Shown: positions 41,230 to 52,209, numbered from the whole stretch's first letter. The stretch: 63,999 nucleotides of DNA, filler included, from an uncultured bacterium (GCA_964471275.1; 3 parts of 3 records of this genome joined end to end with filler, not necessarily neighbours in it), one strand, 5' to 3'. Notes: generated by a model not told the origin, from the sequence alone. A program made the numbers and translations.

Positions 41230-41813
41230 CCGATGAGCTTCGTATCAAGGAGTTGAACGAAGACCTCAAACGTGAGAAGCATCTCAGAGAGAAGTTCGAG
41301 GAAGATCTTGAGGAGACACAGAACGCGCTGAAGGAACAGGTTCAGCGACTGCACGCTGTCCTGAAGAACGAGGAGAAGATCTCGACTGTCGACGAATTCG
41401 AACAGATGTCTGGCGAAGAGTTGATGGAATACATCGGGGATGTAAAAAAAGAAAAGCAGCGCGTTATGGCGGGGCTGGATGCCTTGGATGTGAACGAGGA
41501 GAACTACCAGAAGCAGATCGAAGCACAGAACGAACAGCTTGGGGCCATCCGAGAGGATATGGGTAAGCTGAAGGAATCCAACCTGGCTATGGAAGTCGAG
41601 GAGATGTGAGAAACCCTCGAGAAACAACGAAGTCAGCTGCAGACGCTGATGGGCTACTCAAAGAACCTGAAGTCCCGGAACGAGCAGCTGGTGGAAAGAC
41701 AGGACCCGTTGCGCAACCTGGTACAGAAACTGAATCTTCAGGAGAAAGCACTTGTCTGGTTTATTCGGATGAACTAAGACAGCAAGTTTATGCCGGAGAG
41801 TGTGTATTTGTAG
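41226..41813 (+). pseudogene. 5'-truncated coiled-coil gene with nonsense codons
   Basis: Continuous coiled-coil frame interrupted by TGA at 41607 and TAA at 41775. Confidence 0.55.
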
Positions 41814-41817
41814 AGGG

Positions 41818-42162
41818 TCAGTCTGAAGGGCCTACACGGTGGCGCAGATGCTTTGTTTGCGATCGCCTTTTTTTTTGTTCCAGACGCTTTCTCCGGGAGG
41901 ATTTGGAGGGTTGGGTCGGGTGCCGTGGCGGGGTGCGTTTGTTTCGAAGGAACAGCTTGTGCGCGAGTCGGTCGAAGGCCAGTTCGCGATTGCGTGTCTG
42001 GCTGCGGTGCTCAGCCGCAACTACCGATATCCCGGTAGGGATGTGCGTCACACGCACCGCAGATTCGACTTTGTTGCGATGCTGGCCGCCTGGGCCGCCT
42101 GCCCGGAATGTCTGAATTCGGCTATCCTGTTCGAGCTGCTGACGATCCGGTATTCCGCTCAC
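41818..42162 (-). CDS. Codon-independent peptidyl-tRNA hydrolase (RF-1 GGQ domain; ArfB/C12orf65-like)
   Basis: GGPGGQHRNKVESAVR, RSQ.RN and a basic C-terminal tail. Confidence 0.85.
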   Translation of the reverse strand: MSGIPDRQQLEQDSRIQTFRAGGPGGQHRNKVESAVRVTHIPTGISVVAAEHRSQTRNRELAFDRLAHKLFLRNKRTPPRHPTQPSKSSRRKRLEQKKRRSQTKHLRHRVGPSD

Positions 42163-42167
42163 TCAGG

Positions 42168-43397
42168 TCAGGCGAGACCGGCTTTCCTGAGTGCTTCGGC
42201 CATCGAATTATCGGCCTGCCCCGCCAGCTCCTTTTCTTTTGCCTGGTAGTCTGACATGTCCTGTGCCGCGGCAGCCTGTTCCGCATGTTCGGCCACAGCG
42301 CTCATTGAAAGCGAGATTCTGTGCTGGACGGTGTCCACCTGCTGGACCCGGACCTGGACTTCCTGCCCGACCGAGAGAACCTCCCCAGGGCTGTTGATCC
42401 GCTTTTCACCGGATATCTGTGAGATGTGAACCAGACCCTCGATTCCTGGAGAAATTTCGACGAAGGCACCAAAATTCTGCAATGAGATGACCTTGCCCGA
42501 TACCACCTCGCCCTCGCGAGCGGTCTGATGGATCTCCGACCAAGGGTCCGGCAGGAGTGCCTTCATGGAGAGTGAAATCCGCTCCTTGTCGCCACCAAGA
42601 TCCTGCATCCCCAGGATCTTGACATCAACCTTGTCACCTGATTTGAGAACAGACTTGGGATCATTCACGCGTGTGTGGCTGATCTCCGAAACGTGTACCA
42701 GGCCCTCGACGCCGCCGATATCGACGAAAGCACCAAACCGCTCGATTCGTGTGGCCCGGCCCTTGATCTCATCACCCTCGCTCAGCTTCTCGCGCAGTGC
42801 CATGCCTGCGGCCTTCGCTTCGTCTTCGAGGATGGCTCGGTGAGAGACGACGATGTTCCGTCCGCCATTCTTCAGTTCGAGAATCCTGAAACTCAGTGTT
42901 TTGCTCGCGTATGATTCAGGCTCCGAGCAGAAGCCCATCTCGATCTGAGACATCGGGCAGAATGCCCGCATTCCACCCAGATTGACCACGAGACCGCCCT
43001 TGTTGAAGCCTGTTATCCGGCCGTCAATCGGGACACCATTTTCGAAGGCGTCTCGGATCGCTTCGCGACTGGACGATTTGAGAGATTTAGTGAGCCGGAT
43101 CTCGCCCTCGAGCGAAGAAACGTAGGCTTCCAGCTTCTCGCCCTCCTTGACGGTAACCTCACCGGAAGGGCCTCTCAATTCCTGAAGATCGATGACCGCT
43201 TCGCTTCTCCCGCCGAAATCGACAAAGGCACTTGACGAATCCACCTTCTGGATTGTCCCTGAGACCTTCTGACCGACTGTGACGTTCTTCTGCTCTGGCT
43301 CGACCTTCTCCTGCTTGAGCAGATTGGCGAATTCCGTGCTTGGCCCATCAACGATGTACTGCGTGTCGAGCTTGTCTATTTTCTCTGTTTCACTCAT
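42168..43397 (-). CDS. rpsA: 30S ribosomal protein S1-like (four S1 domains)
   Basis: AFCPMSQI, FGAFVDIGGVEGLVHVSEI, FGAFVEI..GIEGLVHISQI and RISLS; start MSETEK. Confidence 0.82.
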   Translation of the reverse strand: MSETEKIDKLDTQYIVDGPSTEFANLLKQEKVEPEQKNVTVGQKVSGTIQKVDSSSAFVDFGGRSEAVIDLQELRGPSGEVTVKEGEKLEAYVSSLEGEIRLTKSLKSSSREAIRDAFENGVPIDGRITGFNKGGLVVNLGGMRAFCPMSQIEMGFCSEPESYASKTLSFRILELKNGGRNIVVSHRAILEDEAKAAGMALREKLSEGDEIKGRATRIERFGAFVDIGGVEGLVHVSEISHTRVNDPKSVLKSGDKVDVKILGMQDLGGDKERISLSMKALLPDPWSEIHQTAREGEVVSGKVISLQNFGAFVEISPGIEGLVHISQISGEKRINSPGEVLSVGQEVQVRVQQVDTVQHRISLSMSAVAEHAEQAAAAQDMSDYQAKEKELAGQADNSMAEALRKAGLA

Positions 43398-43540
43398 GGG
43401 GCTTCTGCCTGCTTCTGACCAAGGTTTCGGGTGGATGCGTAAAGCGCATAAACTTAAGGAAAAGTGGTGTTTGGGCAAATGATTTTCGTAAATTGGTCGC
43501 GATACGACACCCTCCATTCCCGTCCTCAAGCGAGGCTCTC

Positions 43541-44950
43541 TTGTCCGATACGCGGCCAAACATCGTACTGATTATCACGGATCATTTCCGAGGAGACAGT
43601 CTGAGCCGATTGGGCCATCCTGTCGTCGAAACACCTCATCTGGACGCCATGTCAGCGAAAGGCGCGATTTTCTCACGAGGCTACTCGCCGTGCCCCTCGT
43701 GTTGCCCCGCACGGCGTACCCTGATGACAGGCCAAACGCCAGCGACGCAGGGCATGGTCGGATATCAGGACAATACGCCGTGGGACTACGATGTGACGAT
43801 GGCTGGGGAGCTGACCAAAGCCGGTTACCAGACAGTCAACATCGGGAAGACACACTTCAGTCCGGGGCGACTCCATCTCGGCTTCGAGCAACTGACGACA
43901 TCCGGGGACTATTCGGAGTGGCTCGACTGCCAGCCGGGCGTTCTGGGCGAGAAGTTCGCACACGGTGTTGATTCGAACTCGTGGATGGGTCGCCCGAACC
44001 ATCTTCCCGAAATGATGATGGAGGAGAACTGGTTTGTGAATGAGGCCCGGCACTTTCTGGAACACCGTGATCCGACCCGGCCCTTCTTTCTGTGTCTTTC
44101 GTTCAACGGCCCTCATCCGCCCTGGTGTCCACCCCAGGTCTACTACGATCAGTTCATCGACCGCACCATTCCTGAACCGATGGTGGGGGATTGGGCCGAA
44201 CACCACGCGACCGAGGCGGAGTACCCGCTTGATGTGAATGCCTGGCGAGGGCGCATTTCGGGCAATGCCATGCATCGCGCACGCGTCTCCTATTTTGCCT
44301 ATCTGGCCTATCTGGATGCGCAAGTGGGCCGCTTTCTACGCCTTGTTCGGACCGGTGGACATGGCGAGACATTCGGGCTGTTCACCTCCGATCACGGTGA
44401 GATGCTCGGAGATCACAACCTGTGGCGCAAGACGTATGCCTACGAGGCCTCAGCACGGGTGCCGTTCATTGCCTCGTGCCCTGACAGCCTGCAGCCGCAG
44501 AGGAACAGGGAGATTGATCAGCTTGTCGGCTGGGAAGACATCATGCCGACCTTTTTGGACGTCGCCAATGCACCGATCCCGGAAACCGTTGAGGGTCGCA
44601 GTGTGCTGCCCCTTCTGCGAGGCGAGACGGAGGGGTGGCGAGACGTCTACCACGGTGAGCATTCCCCCTGTTACCATCCGGAGAACGCGAATCAGTTTCT
44701 GACAGACGCCGGCTGGAAGTATATCTGGAATCCGATCACTGGTGATGAGCAACTGTTCAATCTCGAGACGGACCCACACGAATGCCGTGATCTCTCTGCC
44801 TCCGACCCGGACACGCTGGCAACCTGGCGCGACCGAATGGTTACTCAGCTGAACGGGCGGTCCGAGGGGTTATCAGATGGGAAGCAGCTGATTCCCGGTC
44901 AGGTTGCGGCGTGGCGCGCCGGAGACCCCGGTGACGTCCATCTTGGCTGA
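43541..44950 (+). CDS. Sulfatase (choline-sulfatase-like)
   Basis: RPNIVLIITDH, CCPARRTLMTG, GKTH, PHPP and SDHGEMLGDH motifs. Confidence 0.9.
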   Translation: MSDTRPNIVLIITDHFRGDSLSRLGHPVVETPHLDAMSAKGAIFSRGYSPCPSCCPARRTLMTGQTPATQGMVGYQDNTPWDYDVTMAGELTKAGYQTVNIGKTHFSPGRLHLGFEQLTTSGDYSEWLDCQPGVLGEKFAHGVDSNSWMGRPNHLPEMMMEENWFVNEARHFLEHRDPTRPFFLCLSFNGPHPPWCPPQVYYDQFIDRTIPEPMVGDWAEHHATEAEYPLDVNAWRGRISGNAMHRARVSYFAYLAYLDAQVGRFLRLVRTGGHGETFGLFTSDHGEMLGDHNLWRKTYAYEASARVPFIASCPDSLQPQRNREIDQLVGWEDIMPTFLDVANAPIPETVEGRSVLPLLRGETEGWRDVYHGEHSPCYHPENANQFLTDAGWKYIWNPITGDEQLFNLETDPHECRDLSASDPDTLATWRDRMVTQLNGRSEGLSDGKQLIPGQVAAWRAGDPGDVHLG

Positions 44951-44995
44951 TTCTGAAGGGTACGCGAGTTCTGAAGAATAAGACGGGGGCACGCC

Positions 44996-45321
44996 ATTTT
45001 TCGTGAGATGCTCGGCGGTCGGGCTGATGAAGCAGCTGCGCGGTGCAGAAGATGAATCCGGATTTCGAAAGAATGGTGATGACCTTTGTGATGTCGGGTT
45101 TCTATGACCGGGAAGATCTGGACCTGAAGACGCGTATCCTGTATACGATCGCCGCACTGACAGTTCTGGGACGTCAGACACAGCGGGTCGTGTACGTGGA
45201 TCGTGCAACCGGTGCCACGACAGAGGAAATCCGTGAAGCCATCCTCCAGATGGCCGAATTTTGGGGCTTTCAGGCGATCTGGGATCCCCTTCTGACGATG
45301 AAGGTATGTCTGGATATCTAG
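44996..45321 (+). pseudogene. Carboxymuconolactone decarboxylase family, degraded
   Basis: YDREDLDLKTR..TIAAL and GAT.EEI.EAILQ motifs; N-terminus frameshifted. Confidence 0.6.
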
Positions 45322-45530
45322 AGTGCCCAGTGTCGTAATGGTGTTGATACTTCAGGTCCTCCTTTGATCTCCCCAGAAGATCTCTGAGGGTATTCGAAGT
45401 GTGGTCGTTCGTCGTTGTAGAAGCAGAGGAAGCGTTGGAGTGAAGCTTCAAGCTGTCTTTGTGTAGTGAAGCAGGGCCTTCTGAAGGCGATCCTCCAGTG
45501 TTCATGGAAGATGGTGCTTTGCAGTCTTTC
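45318..45530 (-). mobile_element. IS481-family transposase C-terminal remnant at contig end
   Basis: ERLQSTIFHEHWRIAFRR...LQRFLCFYNDERPH (integrase core C-terminus). Confidence 0.7.
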
Positions 45531-45630
45531 NNNNNNNNNNNNNNNNNNNNNNNNNNNNNNNNNNNNNNNNNNNNTTAATTAATTAANNNNNNNNNNNNNN
45601 NNNNNNNNNNNNNNNNNNNNNNNNNNNNNN
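45531..45630. other. Artificial contig linker
   Basis: 100 bp of N with TTAATTAATTAA at 45575-45586. Confidence 0.97.
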
Positions 45631-46524
45631 CGATCAGGACGATGATGTGTCGATCGCGACTGTGCACGCGGCACTGGATGTGGGCATCAACTTCTTCGAT
45701 ACAGCGGAGGGATACGAGAAAGGGCACTCGGAGCGGGTGCTGGGTAGAGGTATCGAAGGTCGACGCGAAGAGGCGGTTATCGCGACGAAGGTGAGCGCCG
45801 GTCATCTGAAGCCAGCCGATATCGTGAAGGCGTGCGAGCAGAGCCTCGAGAATCTGCGAACCGACTACATCGATCTGTATCAAATCCACTGGCCGAACTG
45901 GGAGGTCCCGATCGAGGTGTCCTGGGCAGCGCTCGAAGCGCTGAAATCATCCGGAAAGGTGCGTGCTCTGGGTGTGAGCAACTTCGGGATTCAGGATCTC
46001 GGCGAGCTTCTTGAGAAGGGCCACTGCGAAACCAATCAGCTCAACTATGGGCTGCGGTGGTGGAGCACGAGATTCTGCCGTTATGCAGAGCGAACGACGT
46101 GGGGCTGATCTGTTACAGCCCACTTGCACAGGGGTTGCTGACCGGTCGATATGCATCGGCTGACGAGGTTCCGGAGGGTCTGGCGCGAACGCGATGGTAT
46201 TCGGCAGACCGGGCGATGGCAAAGCACGGAGAGGAAGGATGTGAGGAGGAGGTCTTCGGAGCGCTCGATACGATTCGGGACGTGTGTGAAGGGCTCGGTC
46301 AGCAGATGGCTACCGTCGCCCTCGTCTGGGTCAGGCAGCAGCTCGGTGTGACATCGGTGCTGGTTGGGGCACGGAGCCCCGATGAACTGTTGTGGAATCT
46401 TCCCGCTATCGATTTGCGGCTGTCCAATGATGTGGTCGCACAGTTAGGCGCCGCCACGGAAGCCGTGAAGACGAAGATCGGGTTGAATCCGGACCCGTGG
46501 TTGTCACCCTCGAGAATGCGCTAG
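45631..46524 (+). pseudogene. Aldo/keto reductase, 5' end cut by contig edge and frameshifted at about 46055
   Basis: GINFFDTAEGY, IDLYQIHWP and GVSNF; after QLNYGL the frame changes to EHEILP..YSPLAQGLLTG. Confidence 0.8.
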
Positions 46525-46530
46525 CTCATC

Positions 46531-48075
46531 GTGCCGATCAGGGGGCCGAGGGTAACGCCAACTTCTTTCGCCAGGAGTCTCAGGGCCTGCGTTTTGCATC
46601 GTGTTGCCACAAGGCTAGCCGCGTGCCTGCTGTTTGCTGTGCTCACCACTGCACTGGATGTCGCGGCGGACATCGTCCGGCACGTTCAGATAACTGGGAA
46701 TACACGCACGCGAACCGATGTCATCCGCCGGGAGATCCTTTTCGAGCCCGGAGATTCGCTGACGGCCGACCTCATCGAGGAGACCGAGCGGAATCTTCGG
46801 GCTTTGCTGTTTCTGGACGATATATCGGTTGTCATCAGCAGAGAGGGTATCCACACAGATGTCCTCATTCGTGTGAAGGATCAGTATGCGCGGGGGGTGA
46901 CTCCGCTTCTCTCCGGTAGATCGGGCGAGCTCAGCTACGGTGTCGTCGGGTTGGACTACAACTTCTTCGGGCGTGGACAGACGGCTGAATTGACGGTCGA
47001 GCACGATGCCGTGACGGGCAACAGGTTCAGGGCATTCTACCGGGAACCACGCGTCGGGGGGACGCGCATCAAGCTGGACCTGGACGGAGAGGTGGCAGCA
47101 GAAGGTCATCGTGTCGTTGCACGCGTCAGCCGACCGTTCTATCGACTTTCGGAACCGTGGTCCGTGGGTGTGTCCGGGTTCAGACAGGAATCCGTTACAC
47201 GCCTCTACGCGGGGCAGACGCTCGTGGAGAAGTATGTGACCCGCGAGGATGGCGGTTCGTTTTCTTTGCGTCGATCAACTGGTGAAGGTGTTAAAGTGCG
47301 CCCAGGCATCTTCCTGTCCCTGTCCGATCGGACATCTGTGCCGGAGGCGGGATACATCTACGCGCCTCCGGATCGCAGACGCGTCCTGCTGAGCGTGGGC
47401 ATCACGATCTGGAGGCCCCACTACGAGACGACGCAGTTCTTCCGCAGACTTGGCCGAACCGAGGATCTGCAGATGGGAAGCTGGGTCTCCGTTCGGGCAG
47501 GCGCCTCGCTAGAAGCGCTTGGATCCGATCGCGACTATCGCTTTGTGACGCTGGACGCGAACCCTCGGTACAAGATAGACAAGGAGACGTATCTCCTGGC
47601 GCGGTTCACCTATCGCAGCCAATTCAGCGGCGGTCGTGTTTGGAACGTGTTTGGCAGCGCAGAATTTACGGCTTTGAGGAAGGTGCATCGCGTGCACGCG
47701 TTGGCCGTTCGGATACGCTTTGATGGTCTGGGACGCACCGAGGATACGGCTCAATACCTGTTGGGCTCCGTGCGTGGTTTGCGTGGCTACTCGCTTCGCC
47801 GGTTTGATGGCTCGCGTCGTCTGTTTGGCAACCTGGAAGCCCGTCCCACACTGGTCAGGAAGGACACATTTACGTTGGCCGGCGTCGTGTTTGTGGATGG
47901 CGGCTCTGCGTGGACACCTGGGACTGGTGACCGGGAGCTGGCGGTATCTGCGGGTGTCGGTGCCCGTCTTGGGATGAGTCGTGTTTATAACTCACCCGTG
48001 CTACGGGCTGATCTCGGGTATGGGTTCAGGGATCGGACTTGGGTGCTGTATATGGGGCTGGGGCAGTATTTTTAG
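46531..48075 (+). CDS. Omp85/BamA-TamA family outer membrane protein with one POTRA domain
   Basis: ITGNTRTR..VIRRE, NFFGRGQ, LRGY and C-terminal GQYF. The true start may lie further downstream. Confidence 0.85.
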   Translation: MPIRGPRVTPTSFARSLRACVLHRVATRLAACLLFAVLTTALDVAADIVRHVQITGNTRTRTDVIRREILFEPGDSLTADLIEETERNLRALLFLDDISVVISREGIHTDVLIRVKDQYARGVTPLLSGRSGELSYGVVGLDYNFFGRGQTAELTVEHDAVTGNRFRAFYREPRVGGTRIKLDLDGEVAAEGHRVVARVSRPFYRLSEPWSVGVSGFRQESVTRLYAGQTLVEKYVTREDGGSFSLRRSTGEGVKVRPGIFLSLSDRTSVPEAGYIYAPPDRRRVLLSVGITIWRPHYETTQFFRRLGRTEDLQMGSWVSVRAGASLEALGSDRDYRFVTLDANPRYKIDKETYLLARFTYRSQFSGGRVWNVFGSAEFTALRKVHRVHALAVRIRFDGLGRTEDTAQYLLGSVRGLRGYSLRRFDGSRRLFGNLEARPTLVRKDTFTLAGVVFVDGGSAWTPGTGDRELAVSAGVGARLGMSRVYNSPVLRADLGYGFRDRTWVLYMGLGQYF

Positions 48076-48616
48076 GTGGAGCGCGTGGGGCAGGGGGCGG
48101 GGAGAGGCACAGGCCAAGTCGAAACGAATACGGGGTCAGGTATGGCATCTGTCGAACTGCACGTGATAGCAGCGCCTTTTGGAGACCAGGATGAGAGCCT
48201 GAGGGACAAGCGGGTCGGGTAGCGATATGTCTGTCTGGTCGATGAGGATGGCATCTAGCGGGGGGAGTCTGATGTGGCGAATCGAAGGCAAGGGTGGGGT
48301 AGCCATCTGATAGAAGCAGGGATCGCAGATATGCGGGAGTATTATCGCTCGAGTCTTGATCGACCTCACAAACTGCTCAAAGTCTGGCTTCTGCAGAGAC
48401 ATCGAATGGGGTTGCCCGGGCGTTCTATAGGGCGATGGGATTTGCTGAAGAGGTCGTGTTGAGGGATTTCTATTCAGACGGGGATGCGGTGATGTTTGTG
48501 AAGAAGATCAGAGAAGATTGAGTATTAAGGAGAAAAATGCGGGCTGATGGCCCTGCTTAGGTGTGGCCGAGGGATGAACTTGACGTCATCCCTCGACTCC
48601 AGAGCGATCTGCAGCT

Positions 48617-48818
48617 TTACGCACGTGGCAGGGCGTGCGATTCCGGTCCGCCGCCCGGGTTCCTCTTTTCAGGGCTCGCGATTCGCTATCGGTCCAGGAC
48701 GGTCTCCGAAAGCGGTCTCAGAACGTCGACCTGCTGGTCGTCGTAGATTTCTCGAACGATGATGTACACCTCGCTCGACCTGTGTTGTGCCAGGTCTGTG
48801 GTCTCGGATTGCTGTCAT
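48617..48818 (-). pseudogene. PhyH-type dioxygenase N-terminal remnant
   Basis: DLAQH..SEVYIIVREIYDDQQVDVLR...LDR*RIASPE..PGGGPESH with a stop and a frameshift. Confidence 0.4.
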
Positions 48819-48844
48819 ATTCGAGCCCTCGCCCTGGCTCCGGC

Positions 48845-49804
48845 CTACCTGTTGTCGCTTCTGAGGTCCAGCCAGTCGATCTCTTCGGGGGTCAGCTTGA
48901 TCTCGAGAGATTTGATGTTTTCGGAGAATTCGGCGGCGGTGAATGTGCCGATCAGTGCGTATACGTCTAGCCCGGGATTCTGGAGCGTATAGGCCAGCGC
49001 AACCTGCGGCACAGTCAAGCCCTTCTCCTTACCGAGTTCCTCGACACGATCCATCCGATCCCAGTTTGCGCCCTTTGCGTAGCAGCGTTCGACTGGCTCG
49101 GGGAAATCCTCCTGGGTCTGCTCCCAGTTGCTTCGTGAGATGCGTCCAGAAAAGAAGCCCTGTGCGAGCGAAGACCACGTGAAGAGCGGCATCTTCTGGT
49201 CCACATACCACGCGCGGTCTTCGGCGTTCTGAGGACCGCTGATGGTGAAGCAGTCCGGCCATGGTTCGTCGAACTGTTCGGCGAGGCTGAAGTTCGGGCT
49301 GCTGACCGTGAAGGGCTTCAGTCCGTGCTTGTCCGCATACTCGTTGGCTTCGGCGATGCGGTAGGGCTTCCAGTTCGATCCACCGAATGCACCGATGCGA
49401 CCGGCTTCGTGGTACTCATTCAACTGCTCGACGATTGGACCGACCGGAACGTCCGGGTCGTCACGGTGGAGGACGTAGACGTCGATGTAGTCGGTCTTGA
49501 GTCGAGCGGAGGAGGTGTGCAGGTCTGCGGAGATGTCGAAAGGNNNNNNNNNNGTGTGATGACAGCCTTTTGTGAGGATGACGATTTCATCGCGATTGCC
49601 GCGGGCTTCCATCCAGTTGCCGAGTACGCGTTCGCTGTCCCCGCCTGCGTAGATGTTTGCGCTGTCCCAGGCCCGGCATCCGGTGTCGTAGATCTCGTCG
49701 AGGACGGTGAACCAGTGGTTCTGATCTTTAACGCGCAGCATGATGGCGCCGTGGACGAGGCGGCTGACGGGTTTCTTTACGTGTTCGATGTTACCGTATT
49801 CCAT
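48845..49804 (-). CDS. Aldo/keto reductase (10-N gap at 49544-49553)
   Basis: WDSANIY, ILTKG, IDVYVLHRD, GGSNW and WSSLAQG motifs. Confidence 0.88.
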   Translation of the reverse strand: MEYGNIEHVKKPVSRLVHGAIMLRVKDQNHWFTVLDEIYDTGCRAWDSANIYAGGDSERVLGNWMEARGNRDEIVILTKGCHHXXXXPFDISADLHTSSARLKTDYIDVYVLHRDDPDVPVGPIVEQLNEYHEAGRIGAFGGSNWKPYRIAEANEYADKHGLKPFTVSSPNFSLAEQFDEPWPDCFTISGPQNAEDRAWYVDQKMPLFTWSSLAQGFFSGRISRSNWEQTQEDFPEPVERCYAKGANWDRMDRVEELGKEKGLTVPQVALAYTLQNPGLDVYALIGTFTAAEFSENIKSLEIKLTPEEIDWLDLRSDNR

Positions 49805-49893
49805 GTGTGCTCCCGAGAAGGTTGCTGGTACTGGACCGGGTGATGGCGGGTTGGGGTGGGTGTAGGATGACCGCGTGACGTGAAGTTACGCGA

Positions 49894-50871
49894 TTACTCC
49901 ATCGGGTACTTCAGGTTCCATTGGGATCGGATTTCGTCGAGGGTGGCTATGATGGCGATGGATTCGTCGTGGGGGATGATTTCGCTCTCGACCAGACCCG
50001 CGCGGACGCAGCGGGCCACTTCGGCGGCTTCGAAGTTGTAGCCGTTTCCGTCATAGGGTTCGCTGATGTCCTCGGATTTGCTGCTCCGGTTGAGTGTCCC
50101 GGTCGTTCCGTTCCACCAGGAGTTGAGGCGGATGTAGCCTTCGGTGCCGAGGATCGTGGCTTCGTGGGGCGTGCGTGTCCGGACGCCGGTTGCGAGGAGC
50201 GCCATCTGACCGGTGTCATAGCTGAGGATGATCGCAGCCTGTTCGTCCACACCGGTTTCGCCGATCTGGGCAGAACTGACGATGGTGTCGGGTGTGCCCA
50301 GGATCATCGAGGCAAATGACACGGTGTATACACCGACGTCCAGCAGTCCCCCGCCGCCAAGCGCGAGGTTGAAGAGTCGGCCTTCAGGGTTCACGGTTGC
50401 GCGGAACCCGAAGTCGGCCTGGACCATCCGAGTCTCTCCAATGGCTCCGTCGGCGAGAAGTTCTCTCACTCGCGTCAGGAGCGGGAGGCATCGTGACCAC
50501 ATGGCCTCCATCAGGAATACATTCTCCGTACGTGCGACGGAGACGAGCTCCTCAGCCTGTGTTTTGTTAATCGTGAAAGGCTTCTCGCAGATCACAGGTT
50601 TCTTGTTCCGCAAACACAGGATGCTGTTCTCCGCGTGAAACGGGTGAGGTGTTGCGACGTAGATGGCATCGACGTCCGGGTCGGCGGCCAGCGCCTCGTA
50701 GCTTGCGTGACGGCATTCAGCGTCGAATTCGTCAGCAAACCTGTCGGCGTTTGCCTGTGTGCGGGAGCCGACGGCTACGAGCTTCGCATCATCGAGCGCC
50801 TGTAATCCGGTTGCGAATTTCTTTGCGATGTTCCCACATCCCAGTATTCCCCAGCGAAATGTATCTGCCAT
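49894..50871 (-). CDS. Gfo/Idh/MocA oxidoreductase (dihydrodiol dehydrogenase-like)
   Basis: WGILGCGNIA, CEKPF, MEAMW and GGGLLDVGVY motifs. Confidence 0.92.
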   Translation of the reverse strand: MADTFRWGILGCGNIAKKFATGLQALDDAKLVAVGSRTQANADRFADEFDAECRHASYEALAADPDVDAIYVATPHPFHAENSILCLRNKKPVICEKPFTINKTQAEELVSVARTENVFLMEAMWSRCLPLLTRVRELLADGAIGETRMVQADFGFRATVNPEGRLFNLALGGGGLLDVGVYTVSFASMILGTPDTIVSSAQIGETGVDEQAAIILSYDTGQMALLATGVRTRTPHEATILGTEGYIRLNSWWNGTTGTLNRSSKSEDISEPYDGNGYNFEAAEVARCVRAGLVESEIIPHDESIAIIATLDEIRSQWNLKYPME

Positions 50872-51030
50872 GATTTCCTTCTCGAGCGCCCAGGCGCTCT
50901 GTTACTCCAAGCAGGTGTGTGGTGTCGGGTATCGAGAGGGATCGATCCAATTCTTGATGCGCGTCGGCACGGCCGACGCTACTCGAATATACGGGTATGT
51001 ATCTCGGTCGGTTTTCGGATTTGAGTGATA

Positions 51031-52167
51031 TCAGTCGTTCAGGTTGCGTTTCTCCCAGCCACCCTTTCCAAACATGTCGAGGAAGTGGGATTCGTCATAC
51101 GGGTATCTGGCCATTTCTTCCTCGTCGAGATCAAGTCCCAATCCCGGGCGATCCGGAATGATGATGTGGCCGTCCACGATTTCAGTCGGGTAGTCCGTGA
51201 TCTTCTCTGCAAAAGGTGTGGCGAAGTCTTCAAAGATCTCCTGAATCATGACGATTGGCGTGGACGCATCAACGTGAAAACAGGCCGCCGTGCACACCGG
51301 GCCCTGCGCGTTGTGCGGAGCGACCTTGATGTGGTGCGCCTGAGCGATCGCGCAGATCTTCTTGAGCTCGGATATTCCGCCGCACGTGACCGGGTCCGGC
51401 TGGATAATCTGAGCCGCCCTGGCTGACATGAATCGGAGGAAGTCGTCGACACCGTCGAGACCTTCGCCCCCTGCGACGGGGAAAGAGAGTTTGGCGTTGA
51501 GGGCGGCCATGTTGTCGATTTGGGCTGACCTTACGGGTTCCTCGAACCAGCCTGGATCGAAGGGCTCCATTCGCTTGCCGATCTTCGCACCGATGAGCGG
51601 GTCGAAACGGCCGTGACACTCGATGAACAACTCGACGTGCGGGCCGACCGCATCGCGAACGGCGGCGACGATGTCCACGGAGAGGTCGATTTCCTCACGT
51701 GTGATGCGTTCGAAGGCCGTTCCGAAGGGATCGAATTTCATGGCTTTGTATCCGCGTGCGACGACAGCCTGCGCACGCTCGGCGAATTCCTCAGGGACGC
51801 GGTCGACCTGATACCAGCCGTTTGCGTAGGCCGGCACGCGATCGCGGAATTTGCCACCGATCAGATTATAGACGGGTTGCTCAAGCACCTTCCCCATGAT
51901 GTCCCAACAGGCGATGTCGATCGCTGCCCTTACCTTCGTTGGCGCGCCCGATTTGATCAATTCGTAGTTGATCTCTTCGGTGTTGAACGGGTTTCTGCCC
52001 AGGAAGTAGCGTCTGTATTCGATGATCGCGGCTTCGATCATTTTGGCCTTCCGGTGGGCAGTCGCCTCGCCTACGCCGTACACGCCTTCATCGGTATGGA
52101 GTTTGATGAAGACCCAGTTCTTCCAGGGATTTCCGACGATGAAGGTTTGGATATCAGTCAGGACCAT
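51031..52167 (-). CDS. Mandelate racemase family, galactonate dehydratase-like
   Basis: GVGEAT, YANGW, KFDPF, ECHGRF, FEEP, GE, QPD and APHN motifs. Confidence 0.88.
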   Translation of the reverse strand: MVLTDIQTFIVGNPWKNWVFIKLHTDEGVYGVGEATAHRKAKMIEAAIIEYRRYFLGRNPFNTEEINYELIKSGAPTKVRAAIDIACWDIMGKVLEQPVYNLIGGKFRDRVPAYANGWYQVDRVPEEFAERAQAVVARGYKAMKFDPFGTAFERITREEIDLSVDIVAAVRDAVGPHVELFIECHGRFDPLIGAKIGKRMEPFDPGWFEEPVRSAQIDNMAALNAKLSFPVAGGEGLDGVDDFLRFMSARAAQIIQPDPVTCGGISELKKICAIAQAHHIKVAPHNAQGPVCTAACFHVDASTPIVMIQEIFEDFATPFAEKITDYPTEIVDGHIIIPDRPGLGLDLDEEEMARYPYDESHFLDMFGKGGWEKRNLND

Positions 52168-52209
52168 AGACTCCTCTTGAGGACGACACCGCCCAGATGG
52201 GAACGCCTT

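Noticed and set aside
48076..48560. Short ORFs downstream of the Omp85 gene
   Set aside because: No recognisable domain or RBS; probably degraded sequence that I cannot assign.
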